Positions 39,439-47,982 of a stretch of 64,000 nucleotides of DNA are shown in pieces. The DNA comes from an uncultured Rhizobium sp. (GTDB lineage: Bacteria > Pseudomonadota > Alphaproteobacteria > SMXQ01). Each line of letters begins with the position of its first letter. Positions within the stretch are counted from its first letter, which is position 1. A program made the position numbers and the translations under genes. Location of the stretch: positions 9,108-73,107 of the forward strand of contig CAZVLU010000012.1 in the NCBI GenBank assembly GCA_964628235.1. Reading direction: 5' to 3'. The notes under the pieces were generated by a model. The model made no database searches, was not told the origin of the DNA, and saw nothing but the letters and a program-made list of their open reading frames with translations.

Positions 39439-40350
39439 TTATTCGTCCATCGCCTTACACTGCTCGATTAGACAGGTGCGCAACCAACGGTGACCGGCAT
39501 CACGATTGGCGCTGTACGACCAGTAAGCATCGATATTCATTTTCTCGGTCGGAAAGGGCGGCTTAAAAATGCGAAGCGGGGCCATCTTCTGAAAATAAGT
39601 CGCGAGGCGCCTGGGGATTAAAGAGATTCTCTGGCTGTTCGCTACCAAGAATGGCAACAGCAGAAAGCTCGTTACAGTGACCGCATCATCGGCCTCGACC
39701 TTGTTGCGACTTTCCTGCATATCGGCAAAGGTCATGCGATTGATGTTCTCGAGTTTAACCCGTACGTGCCGAAGCGATTGGTAAGTGTCTAAATCCAGTT
39801 CATCGCCGATGGCACGGTTCATTTTTCCGGCGATCACAACGAGCCCATCTTCGAAAAGTGGCTCACAACAAAGGTCAGATTCTGCGAATGTTCCTCGGAC
39901 CACGATCGCAAGATCCAAGCGGTTTGATCTCAGCTTCGCAGCCTTCTCGTCAGTGTCCCAGGTGACCTGAACACTGACACTTGGTGCCACATTCTCAAGT
40001 TCGCCGAGTAAGCGAGGAATTAACAAAAAGGCCATGTGATCGCCGGTGCCAATGCGAAACCGTCTAGAGGATGTCGTGAAATCAAATGTCGATTCACCCA
40101 GCAAATTGTCGATCAATCCAAGAATTTCGCTGAGCGGTTCGGCCAAAGCCTGTGCGTGATAGGTGAGCATCATTTCACGTCCCGATTGGACGAGAAGCTG
40201 ATCGGATAATTGCGCACGAAGACGATTTAAAGAATGGCTCATTGCGGACTGACTGATACCCATTTCTTGCCCAGCCTTGGTTAGGTTGCGGTGCCGCAAG
40301 AGCGCATCAAGGATAGGTAAAAGGTTGAGATCATATCGGCGCAGGCTCAT
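39439..40350 (-). CDS. LysR-family regulator (NodD/NahR/DntR-like)
   Basis: DLNLL..LDALL..RNLTKAG...SQSAMSHSLNRLR; C-terminal DAGHRWLR. Confidence 0.92.
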   Translation of the reverse strand: MSLRRYDLNLLPILDALLRHRNLTKAGQEMGISQSAMSHSLNRLRAQLSDQLLVQSGREMMLTYHAQALAEPLSEILGLIDNLLGESTFDFTTSSRRFRIGTGDHMAFLLIPRLLGELENVAPSVSVQVTWDTDEKAAKLRSNRLDLAIVVRGTFAESDLCCEPLFEDGLVVIAGKMNRAIGDELDLDTYQSLRHVRVKLENINRMTFADMQESRNKVEADDAVTVTSFLLLPFLVANSQRISLIPRRLATYFQKMAPLRIFKPPFPTEKMNIDAYWSYSANRDAGHRWLRTCLIEQCKAMDE

Positions 40351-40462
40351 CGAACATCTCCAGCAGGGCGGCCATTGATGGCAAGTATGAAAGCTATCGA
40401 TTTTGCGGAATAGTGCAACGCTCCTAGCCTATACCCCAGAACATTCGCAATGGGACTTACAA

Positions 40463-41254
40463 GTGGTGGGTAATCGAAAACTAGAAGGTAAGGTCGCACT
40501 GATTACGGCGGGGGGGGCCGGCATCGGGCGAAGTATTGCGCTCGAATGGATGAAGCGTGGCGGCCGCGTCATGATCACAGACGTTAAGGAGCAAGCAGCC
40601 CAGTCCGTCGCTGGTGAATTGGCAGACGCTAAAGACCGCGTGCATGCCGCAGTTCTTGACGTGCAAAATCTGGAGCAGATACGGACTGCCGTCACGAAGA
40701 CCATTAAAATATTTGGCGGCATCGACGTTTTATTCAACGTCGCTGGCGTCAATGCGCCAAAGACTATCGAAGAAACCGAGGATGACGAGTGGCTCTCACT
40801 AATCGAGATTAATCTTACATCCGTCTACCGCTGTTCCAAAGCTGTCATTCCCGAGATGCGCAAGCGTGGCGGCGGGGCAATTGTCAACGTTGCGTCCGTC
40901 GCAGGTATCATCGGTGAAAAGCGCTGTGCGGCTTACAGTGCTAGCAAGGGCGGGGTCGTCCTTCTCACCAGAAATATGGCGATGGATTTTGCAAAGGATC
41001 ACATCCGCGTCAATGCCTTATGTCCGGCAGGAACGCTCTCGCCGCGCATTCAGGAATACATGCGTGGCCACGAAGACCTGGAGGCGGAGAGCTTGGCTAT
41101 GCGGCCGCTCAATCGCTACGCGGATCCCGATGAAATCGCGCAGCCGGCGGTCTTTCTTGCATCAGACGAGGCCTCCTACATCACAGGCACATCGTTGATT
41201 GTCGACGGTGGATTACTAGCGGGATTTCGTGTGCCAGTCTTTGAAAGAATGTAG
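40463..41254 (+). CDS. Short-chain dehydrogenase/reductase
   Basis: TAGGAGIG, YSASK, IRVNALCP; start uncertain (GTG 40463 chosen). Confidence 0.88.
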   Translation: MVGNRKLEGKVALITAGGAGIGRSIALEWMKRGGRVMITDVKEQAAQSVAGELADAKDRVHAAVLDVQNLEQIRTAVTKTIKIFGGIDVLFNVAGVNAPKTIEETEDDEWLSLIEINLTSVYRCSKAVIPEMRKRGGGAIVNVASVAGIIGEKRCAAYSASKGGVVLLTRNMAMDFAKDHIRVNALCPAGTLSPRIQEYMRGHEDLEAESLAMRPLNRYADPDEIAQPAVFLASDEASYITGTSLIVDGGLLAGFRVPVFERM

Positions 41255-41263
41255 AGGTATCAG

Positions 41264-42439
41264 ATGACCATCCATTCAATTAGCTCATCTCGGATCTGGC
41301 CGGAAGATTATGCTGAAGTACCCAAAGAGGTGTTTCAGAATGAGGAGCTTTATCAGCAAGAATTGAAGCAGATCTTCGGGGGTCCTGAATGGCATGCGGT
41401 TGCGCATATCGCCGAGATACCTAATCCAGGGGACTATAAAACTTTTCGCCTGGGTGAGGCACCCATCTTGGTTGTGCGAGGTGATGATCAGATTGTTCGG
41501 GTCTTCGATAATTCGTGCCCTCATCGCGGCACACAACTCAAAACCGATAGCCGTGGACACGGGCAGGAAATCGAATGTCCGTATCATCGTTGGCTGTTTA
41601 CCAACGCGGGATCTCTGTTGGCCGCGCCAAGCATGAATTGCTTTCCGGCCAAATTTCGCAAAGAAAATTACGGTCTGAAAGAAATCCGTTCGAAAGAACG
41701 CTTCGGGATCGTCTTTGTCACCCGTAGCCCCGACAGCCCTTCGATTGATAAATATCTGAGTGTGGTCGACTCCTACATTGCGCGCGCATTGGGAAACACG
41801 CCCCTGACCTTTCTCGGTTACCAGAAAGTCAAATTCTCGACGAACTGGAAGGAGTATGGCGATCAGGAGGGGTACCATGCGCCGCTTTTGCATAAGGCGT
41901 TTTCGCTTCTGCGTTGGCAAGGTGGCAAGGGCACGCGCAGTGTGAGCGAGTATGGCCACCAAGCCGTCAATGCAGAGCTTCAACAAGCTCCAGATAACGG
42001 CTTCCTACGCGACATCTCACTCATCCGCGTCAAGATGCCCGGCGCTCTAACACGCTCCGTGGTGATCTCCTTGTTCCCGCTCACGACGGTGCTTCGACAC
42101 CTTGATGTCATCACTGTCCGTTTTGCATTTCCAATTTCTGTTCATGCGACGGAAGTCCATTACGCCTATTTTTCAGAAAAGGATGAGGTGCCAGAGATGG
42201 TGACGCATCGTGTGCGCCAAGCCTCAAACCTGTTGGGGCCGAGTGGCTTTATTTCCCTCGAAGATGGCGCGGTGTTCAATCGGTTGCATGTGGGTTCGGC
42301 AACTGAAGGCGCGGTGACCTTTCAAAAGGGCGTGAATGGCCGCCTCGAGGCACCGTGTGAAATCGGACAAAACGATGAGCATGGCAACCTAGTGAAGTGG
42401 GAGCGCTACAGAGAGCTGATGGGGTTTCATCGTGAGTGA
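41264..42439 (+). CDS. Ring-hydroxylating Rieske oxygenase alpha subunit (salicylate hydroxylase/NagG-like group)
   Basis: CPHRG...CPYH, NWKEY..QEGYHAPLLH, RQASNLLGPSGFISLEDG. Confidence 0.88.
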   Translation: MTIHSISSSRIWPEDYAEVPKEVFQNEELYQQELKQIFGGPEWHAVAHIAEIPNPGDYKTFRLGEAPILVVRGDDQIVRVFDNSCPHRGTQLKTDSRGHGQEIECPYHRWLFTNAGSLLAAPSMNCFPAKFRKENYGLKEIRSKERFGIVFVTRSPDSPSIDKYLSVVDSYIARALGNTPLTFLGYQKVKFSTNWKEYGDQEGYHAPLLHKAFSLLRWQGGKGTRSVSEYGHQAVNAELQQAPDNGFLRDISLIRVKMPGALTRSVVISLFPLTTVLRHLDVITVRFAFPISVHATEVHYAYFSEKDEVPEMVTHRVRQASNLLGPSGFISLEDGAVFNRLHVGSATEGAVTFQKGVNGRLEAPCEIGQNDEHGNLVKWERYRELMGFHRE

Positions 42440-42914
42440 CATTGAACTACTGAATGAAATCGACAGCCTGCAAACCAAGTATGTGCGGGCTCTCGATAAG
42501 CGTGATTGGGCGTCATGGTTGGACTGTTTCGATCCGCAAGACGGTAGCTACATCTGCATTTCTCGAGAGAATGTCGAACAAAATATGCCGATCGCGTTGA
42601 TGCTAGATGATTGCACAGCGCGTCTGCGGGACCGGGTTACTTTTATCACCAAGGTCTGGACAGGGACTTACGAGGACTACGATACCCGACATTTCATTCA
42701 AAGACTTGAGCACACGAGTTCAGATTCGAAGCTTTACACGGTGCAGACGAATTTCTTGATCGCCTATACCGCTGCTAGCGGTGCATCGGAAGTCCTGGCG
42801 GCGGGTTGCTATGAGGATTTGATTCGTCTGAATCCGGAAGGACCCAAGTTCATTTCGAAACGCGCGATTCTCGATACCGTTAGTACCCCGCGCTACCTCG
42901 TTTATCCGATTTAA
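42432..42914 (+). CDS. Ring-hydroxylating oxygenase beta subunit (NagH-like)
   Basis: Y..ALD...WLDCF...YICISREN...LRDRV...LVYPI; overlaps the alpha stop codon. Confidence 0.88.
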   Translation: MSDIELLNEIDSLQTKYVRALDKRDWASWLDCFDPQDGSYICISRENVEQNMPIALMLDDCTARLRDRVTFITKVWTGTYEDYDTRHFIQRLEHTSSDSKLYTVQTNFLIAYTAASGASEVLAAGCYEDLIRLNPEGPKFISKRAILDTVSTPRYLVYPI

Positions 42915-43149
42915 TGAGCGGTAAAAAATTAAACGCACGGTCAAGCGGACGTCCACAATCAGAACACATGGGAGTTATCCTCTGATGAATGTCTCGCTGA
43001 GCGAGGGCAACCGCACAGCATCGTGCTCACATCGACGACGCTGAAATCACCCATGGTTCGACTCGGGCCACCAATATCGCGCGGCTCAGCGGCCTTTCAT
43101 GACAAGTCATGGGACTTGTTCGGAATGTATCTTGTCTTTGTGATCCGCA

Positions 43150-43665
43150 AGTCAAAATTTAAAAAACTGGAACTCCTGCACGGGCTACCTGCATATGGTC
43201 CACGAAGCTAGCGCCAATTCACTGGACGCTTGGGCCATGGGCCTCGGGGTGGCCGCCGAGGGGCTCGCCAGTCTAATCAATGTTGAACAAGACAAGCAGA
43301 GAAGGAAAAGCGCAAGGCCGAGAAGGAGCGATTGCAGAAGCTCCAGCACTTCATCGTCAAACCGGTCTCTATTGCGATCGAATCGCTGCTGAGATCAAAG
43401 GTCTTTGCTGATTTTCCAAAGCTCAAGCTGATCATTTGTCACGGTGGTGGTGCAATTCCGTATCAGATCGGCCGATTTTTAGCTGAGCGCGCCAAGCGCA
43501 ACGCGACGCCCTACGAGGAGAGCCTTCGTCAGCTTTATTTTGATACGTCACTCTATATCCAGGATGCGCTTGAAACGCTCTTTCGCTGGGCGACTCCCGA
43601 CCGTTGCATGTTCGGCACAGAGCGCCCCGGAAGCGGTACTGCAAAAGACCCAAAAACTGGTAAAT
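43150..43665 (+). pseudogene. Amidohydrolase_2 (LigY/LigJ-like) gene fragment
   Basis: VFADFPKLKLIICHGGGAIPYQIGR, YFDT, FGTERPGSG; the 5' part is scrambled and the 3' end is cut at an IS scar. Confidence 0.75.
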
Positions 43666-43707
43666 TGATCTGCCCCCTTCATGGACCACTCTGAAGGGGG
43701 CAGATCA
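43666..43707. mobile_element. 42-bp collapsed IS3-like end pair (TG...CA)
   Basis: TGATCTGCCCCCTTCA-TGGACCACTC-TGAAGGGGGCAGATCA; perfect 16-bp arms. Confidence 0.55.
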
Positions 43708-44042
43708 GTCGACAGCCCGCCACATGAACATGCGGCGGCCGTTGATGCGGACGACCATTTCATCGAGGTGCCAGACAGACCCGGGACGAGGACGGGTTCG
43801 ACGAATATTCGCTGCAATGGCTCCGCCGAATTTCTCCGCCCAGCACCGGACCGTCTCATAGGAGACATCGATCCCACGCTCAGCGAGAATCTCCTCCACA
43901 TCCCGCAAGCTCAGGGTGAATTTGAAGTATAGCCAAACGGCTTGGCGGATAACTTCGGGCGGGAAGCGGTGTCTTTTATAAGAGATGGATTTCATCCCAC
44001 CAGCTTATACCAGAGACAAGTTGCGGTTAGACTGACAGCACC
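43708..44042 (-). mobile_element. IS6-family 5' half (transposase N-terminus plus one IR)
   Basis: MKSISYKRHRFPPEVIRQAVWLY...SLRDVEE..ERGIDVSYETVR...WHLDE; CTGACAGCACC ends at 44042. Confidence 0.88.
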
Positions 44043-44176
44043 GCCACGCACCCAGCCCACTTGTCTCTGCACAAGCGATGGCGCGCCAAGGGCGCGTAAC
44101 AGGGGCGGCATTCCTGCTCATTCTCATTCTGCCGCTGTTCTTGCGCTCTGTCCTTGGGAGCTGTCGCGGCGAAATG
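44041..44176 (+). repeat. tRNA 3' end plus element left-end sequence (att-like), copy 2
   Basis: CCGCCACGCACCC...CACTTGTCTCTGCACAAGCGATGGCGCGCCAAGGGCGCGTAACAGGGGCGG matches 2782-2849. Confidence 0.85.
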
Positions 44177-44179
44177 ACG

Positions 44180-44639
44180 GGCATTGTCAGTTTAACTGAC
44201 GTGATCGCACGAGATATCCGACCTGAAATATACGCCTCTGTTGCGGCCGATATGAACCAGCCTTCCATGGCATTAGTCCGAAAGGCGCGAAGGACTCGTC
44301 GGGAAATCAGGTGACGCTCGACGTTGAAGAGATTGTAGACGGCGACATGGGTGGCAACGAAGCGCTGGGCTTGCCCCTGAGACTTGAAGCGCTGCATCTT
44401 GCGCTCTCGCCGGCGTGCGCCGCCGAATTTCTCCGCCCAGCACTGGACGGTCTCGTAAGAGACGTCGATTCCACGCTCGGCGAGAATCTCACCCATATCC
44501 CGTAAACTCAGGGTGAATTTGAAGCACAACCAGACGGCTTGGCGGATGACTTCAGGCGGGAAGCGGTGTCTTTTATAAGAGATGGTTTTCGTCCCACCAG
44601 CTTATACCAGAGACAAGTTGAAGTTAGACTGACAGCACC
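44180..44639 (-). mobile_element. Internally deleted IS6 derivative retaining both ends
   Basis: GGCATTGTCAG at 44180 and CTGACAGCACC at 44629-44639; translation jumps from KFGGA directly to RRRERKMQRFKS. Confidence 0.85.
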
Positions 44640-44648
44640 GAACGGGAG

Positions 44649-45758
44649 ATGTCGATGCGCGTGCCGTATCTCGATTACAGGGTGCCGGACCCGGCAGAGC
44701 GGGCCCGTTATCTGGCGGCCATGGATGGCATTTTGCGCGAGGGCGATATCATCCTGGGCGGCGCCGTCGCGGAGCTGGAGGTCCGCCTGGCGGCCTATTG
44801 CGGCACGCGCTACGCCGTCGGCGTCGGGTCGGGCACCGAAGCGCTGGTGCTGGCGCTGCAAGCCCTCGGCATCGGCCCCGGCGACGAGGTCATCACCACA
44901 TGCTGGTCTTATATCGGCACGGCCAATGCTATCGCGCTGACCGGAGCGACGCCCGTGTTCGTCGATATCGGAGCCTACTACAATCTTGACCCGGCGCTTT
45001 TGGCGGAGGCGATCAGCCCACGCTGCAAGGCCATCATGCCGGTCCATTTTGCCGGACAGCTTTGCGACATGACAGAAATCTTCACCGTGGCGGCCCATCA
45101 TGGCCTTCCGGTCATCGAGGACGCGGCGCAGGCCATCGGCGCCAGCAATCCGGACGGCCGTAAAGCCGGCAGCTTCGGCGTCATGGGCTGCCTTAGCCTT
45201 AATCCGATGAAAATTCTCAAAGCGTTCGGCGAAGGTGGCGTCGTGCTCACCAACGACGCGACGCTCCGTGACCGCCTGGCGGCCTTGCGCGACAACCGTT
45301 ATGCCGAGGTCGGCGCCAGGATCGTGCCAGGTCATAACGGGCGCCTCGATACCATTCAGGCGGCCACGCTGCTGATCCGCTTCGAAGCGTTGGAGGCGAC
45401 GATCGAGCGCCGCCGCGGGATCGCCGGGCGCTACACCGCCGCATTGGCGGATTTGATCGTGCCGCCGCGCCAATTGAATGGTTATCGCGACGTCTATTAC
45501 AGCTACACGCTGCAAACTGACCGGCGCGATGCCTTGCAGGCCTGGTTGACCGAACAAGGGGTCGGCACAAGGATCCAATATGGCGAACTGATGCCGGACC
45601 AGCCGGCCTTTCGGACGGGAACCCTGGCCGCCTATGTCAAAGGCCGCGCGGCGACGGGCCGGGTTCTGTCGCTGCCCTGTTATGAGCAATTGACCGACGG
45701 ACAAATCGATATGGTGATCTCGGCGGTGCAGGATTTTTTCACGAGACCCAAGATTTAA
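44649..45758 (+). CDS. DegT/DnrJ/EryC1/StrS PLP-dependent aminotransferase
   Basis: SGTEAL, IGPGDEVIT, PVHFAG, IEDAAQA, SLNPMK (PLP Lys), NGRLDTIQAA. Confidence 0.92.
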   Translation: MSMRVPYLDYRVPDPAERARYLAAMDGILREGDIILGGAVAELEVRLAAYCGTRYAVGVGSGTEALVLALQALGIGPGDEVITTCWSYIGTANAIALTGATPVFVDIGAYYNLDPALLAEAISPRCKAIMPVHFAGQLCDMTEIFTVAAHHGLPVIEDAAQAIGASNPDGRKAGSFGVMGCLSLNPMKILKAFGEGGVVLTNDATLRDRLAALRDNRYAEVGARIVPGHNGRLDTIQAATLLIRFEALEATIERRRGIAGRYTAALADLIVPPRQLNGYRDVYYSYTLQTDRRDALQAWLTEQGVGTRIQYGELMPDQPAFRTGTLAAYVKGRAATGRVLSLPCYEQLTDGQIDMVISAVQDFFTRPKI

Positions 45759-45774
45759 GCGTTTTCTCGCGTGG

Positions 45775-45802
45775 GGGATTGTCAGGTTAGGCTGACAGCA
45801 CC
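45775..45802. mobile_element. 28-bp IS6 scar (two ends fused)
   Basis: GGGATTGTCAGGTTAGGCTGACAGCACC, matching both end types of the 44180-44639 element. Confidence 0.6.
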
Positions 45803-45942
45803 GGGGCGACAGCGCGTGGTCGAAAAGTCGTGAAATTTTTCGGAGAAATTTCTTACGAGTATCAGAAAATGCGCACCAGCCTTGAACGACGATCGAGTTG
45901 CGTCAAAATTTGTCAATCGACTAATGATTGGGAGAATTGGCC

Positions 45943-46809
45943 ATGACGAACGTTGCAAAGTCATTCACGCTCCGCCCGCTCGGTGATGCTCTCGGTGTCG
46001 AGGTTCTGGGCCTAGACCTCAGTCAGCCGCTATCGGCGGAAGACTCTCGGGCGCTCAGCAAGGCGCTGGACGATCACACCGTGTTGCTTTTCCGCGACCA
46101 GCAGGTGAGCGAGGCAGAACAGATCAGGCTGGCAAATATCTTCGGCGAACCCTCTTTGCGTTCTCGACCCGAAAACATCGTCGCCGAGGAGAACGAATAT
46201 TCCCGAGCGATCGGCCTGGTCACAAATATCCGGAAGAACGGCAAGCCGATAGGTTCGTTGCCCGATGGCGAGATGTGGTTTCACCATGACGGCTGCTTCA
46301 TCGATGCGCCCTATCGGGCAACGATGCTATATGCCGTGCAGGTGCCCGTGATAGGCGGTCATACGCGGATACTCGACATGTATAAAGCCTACGAGATCCT
46401 GCCTGCTGACATCAAAAAGCGGCTCGAGGGGCGGACCTGCCTACATATTTTCGATTACAAGACCCTGACCAGCGCACCCGATCCCGATCAAGATCTCACT
46501 CCCGTCCGTCACGCCCGGCATCCGGCTGTAGTGCGCCATCCGAACAACGGCAGGAACGCTCTTTATATCAATCCGCTACTTACAGCCCGGATCGAAGGTT
46601 TGCCGAGGGATGAGAGCGACGAACTGATCCGCGATATTTGCAAGTTCACTGAGAACGACTCGTTGATCTACGAGCATGTATGGCGTCCCCGGGACTTGGT
46701 AATTTGGGATAATTGGGGGTCCTGCCATGCCCGAACCGATTTCCCGTCCGACCAGATCCGCCTGCTTCGCCGCAGCATCGTCAAGGGGCAGCCGCTCGCA
46801 GCAGCCTAA
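45943..46809 (+). CDS. TauD/TfdA dioxygenase (copy 3)
   Basis: LPDGEMWFHHD, GGHT, WDNWGSCHAR. Confidence 0.92.
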   Translation: MTNVAKSFTLRPLGDALGVEVLGLDLSQPLSAEDSRALSKALDDHTVLLFRDQQVSEAEQIRLANIFGEPSLRSRPENIVAEENEYSRAIGLVTNIRKNGKPIGSLPDGEMWFHHDGCFIDAPYRATMLYAVQVPVIGGHTRILDMYKAYEILPADIKKRLEGRTCLHIFDYKTLTSAPDPDQDLTPVRHARHPAVVRHPNNGRNALYINPLLTARIEGLPRDESDELIRDICKFTENDSLIYEHVWRPRDLVIWDNWGSCHARTDFPSDQIRLLRRSIVKGQPLAAA

Positions 46810-47081
46810 AGCATTCTGCGTTTAAAGCTCCTATATGGCCGCGGAGATTTCCGCGATGCAAAACGCGCAGGCGTTAGGGCGAAAAATTTCTATGGTCGGC
46901 CCGAAGAATGCTTGGCCTGTCCTATAGCGGACGCGTAGCCTGATATCAGCCGCCTGATCTGAACGAAACCTCAACGAGGTTCCGAATGACGGATTGGCGC
47001 GCTGCCAAGGCCTCATAGTGATTATCGGTGAGTAAGGCCGTCAGTTAATCAAAAGCGCGTCACAGAAATAAGGAGGGGGCA

Positions 47082-47939
47082 ATGCCAACGCAACGGCTCG
47101 GCACTGGCGTAGATATTTATTTCGAAAGCCATGGGAGCGGCGAGCCCCTCGTTCTCATTCCAGGCACCGGATTTGCCGGCAGCGTTTGGGATCCATTTCA
47201 GGTACCGGGCCTTTCCAAAAGTTTGCAGGTGATCACGTTCGACCCTCGGGGATGCGGCAGGTCTTCGGCGCCTGAGGGTTATTACACGATTGAACAGATG
47301 GCGTGCGATCTTGCTGCCTTGCTCGATCACCTCGGAATCGAATCGGCCCATGTACTTGGTCATTCGATGGGCGGCCGTATCGCAATAGCTTTTGCACTGG
47401 CTTATCCGGGCCGGGTCCGCAGTCTCGTTCTAGCCGCGGCTGGATCCGGGCCGGCCGCGCGTCCAGGAGAAGAGTGCGTGCCGGGTTTGCCATTTCGTAT
47501 GGTCAACGAACTGGTCGAGATGGGTTTCGAAAAATTCGTGCGTACGGAGTTTTTCGATACCGCGACCTATTTCACGTCCGATTTTCTCAAGAACGAACCG
47601 GCCAAAGTTCAGGCGTTCTACGATCTGGCCTGGAAGCATCACGCAAAATGGCGACCCTTCCTCCGCCTGATTATGGCGCGCCATAATTGGGAGGCGACGC
47701 ATCGATTGGGCGAGATTCTCGCACCGACACTCGTCGTGGTCGGCGATAACGACGACGTTGGCAGCAATCATGTCAAACAGGCAGTTGCCTTGTCGGAACG
47801 CATCAGAAACGCCGAACGGTTCGTCATCAAGGGCCAATCTCACGGGTTCTTCTGGCAGGCCCCCGAACAAACAAATGCTTGGCTTATCGAATGGGTTGCC
47901 AAGCATGCGCAGGGCAAACAGCTTAAGGCAGCGGTTTAG
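47082..47939 (+). CDS. Alpha/beta-fold hydrolase
   Basis: DPRGCGRS, GHSMGG nucleophile elbow, GDND, SHG. Confidence 0.9.
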   Translation: MPTQRLGTGVDIYFESHGSGEPLVLIPGTGFAGSVWDPFQVPGLSKSLQVITFDPRGCGRSSAPEGYYTIEQMACDLAALLDHLGIESAHVLGHSMGGRIAIAFALAYPGRVRSLVLAAAGSGPAARPGEECVPGLPFRMVNELVEMGFEKFVRTEFFDTATYFTSDFLKNEPAKVQAFYDLAWKHHAKWRPFLRLIMARHNWEATHRLGEILAPTLVVVGDNDDVGSNHVKQAVALSERIRNAERFVIKGQSHGFFWQAPEQTNAWLIEWVAKHAQGKQLKAAV

Positions 47940-47982
47940 CCGGCTTTTGACCGATTGTGGCGATCAAACTGAGGGGACTCAC

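Larger units (their letters stand above)
2788..44040. mobile_element. tRNA-Ser-integrated genomic island (serine recombinase type) carrying catabolic cargo; right boundary approximate, accessory DNA continues to about 54.5 kb
   Basis: Starts at the tRNA 3' end with an adjacent recombinase module; the post-tRNA sequence is repeated at 44041; many IS elements and remnants. Confidence 0.7.
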
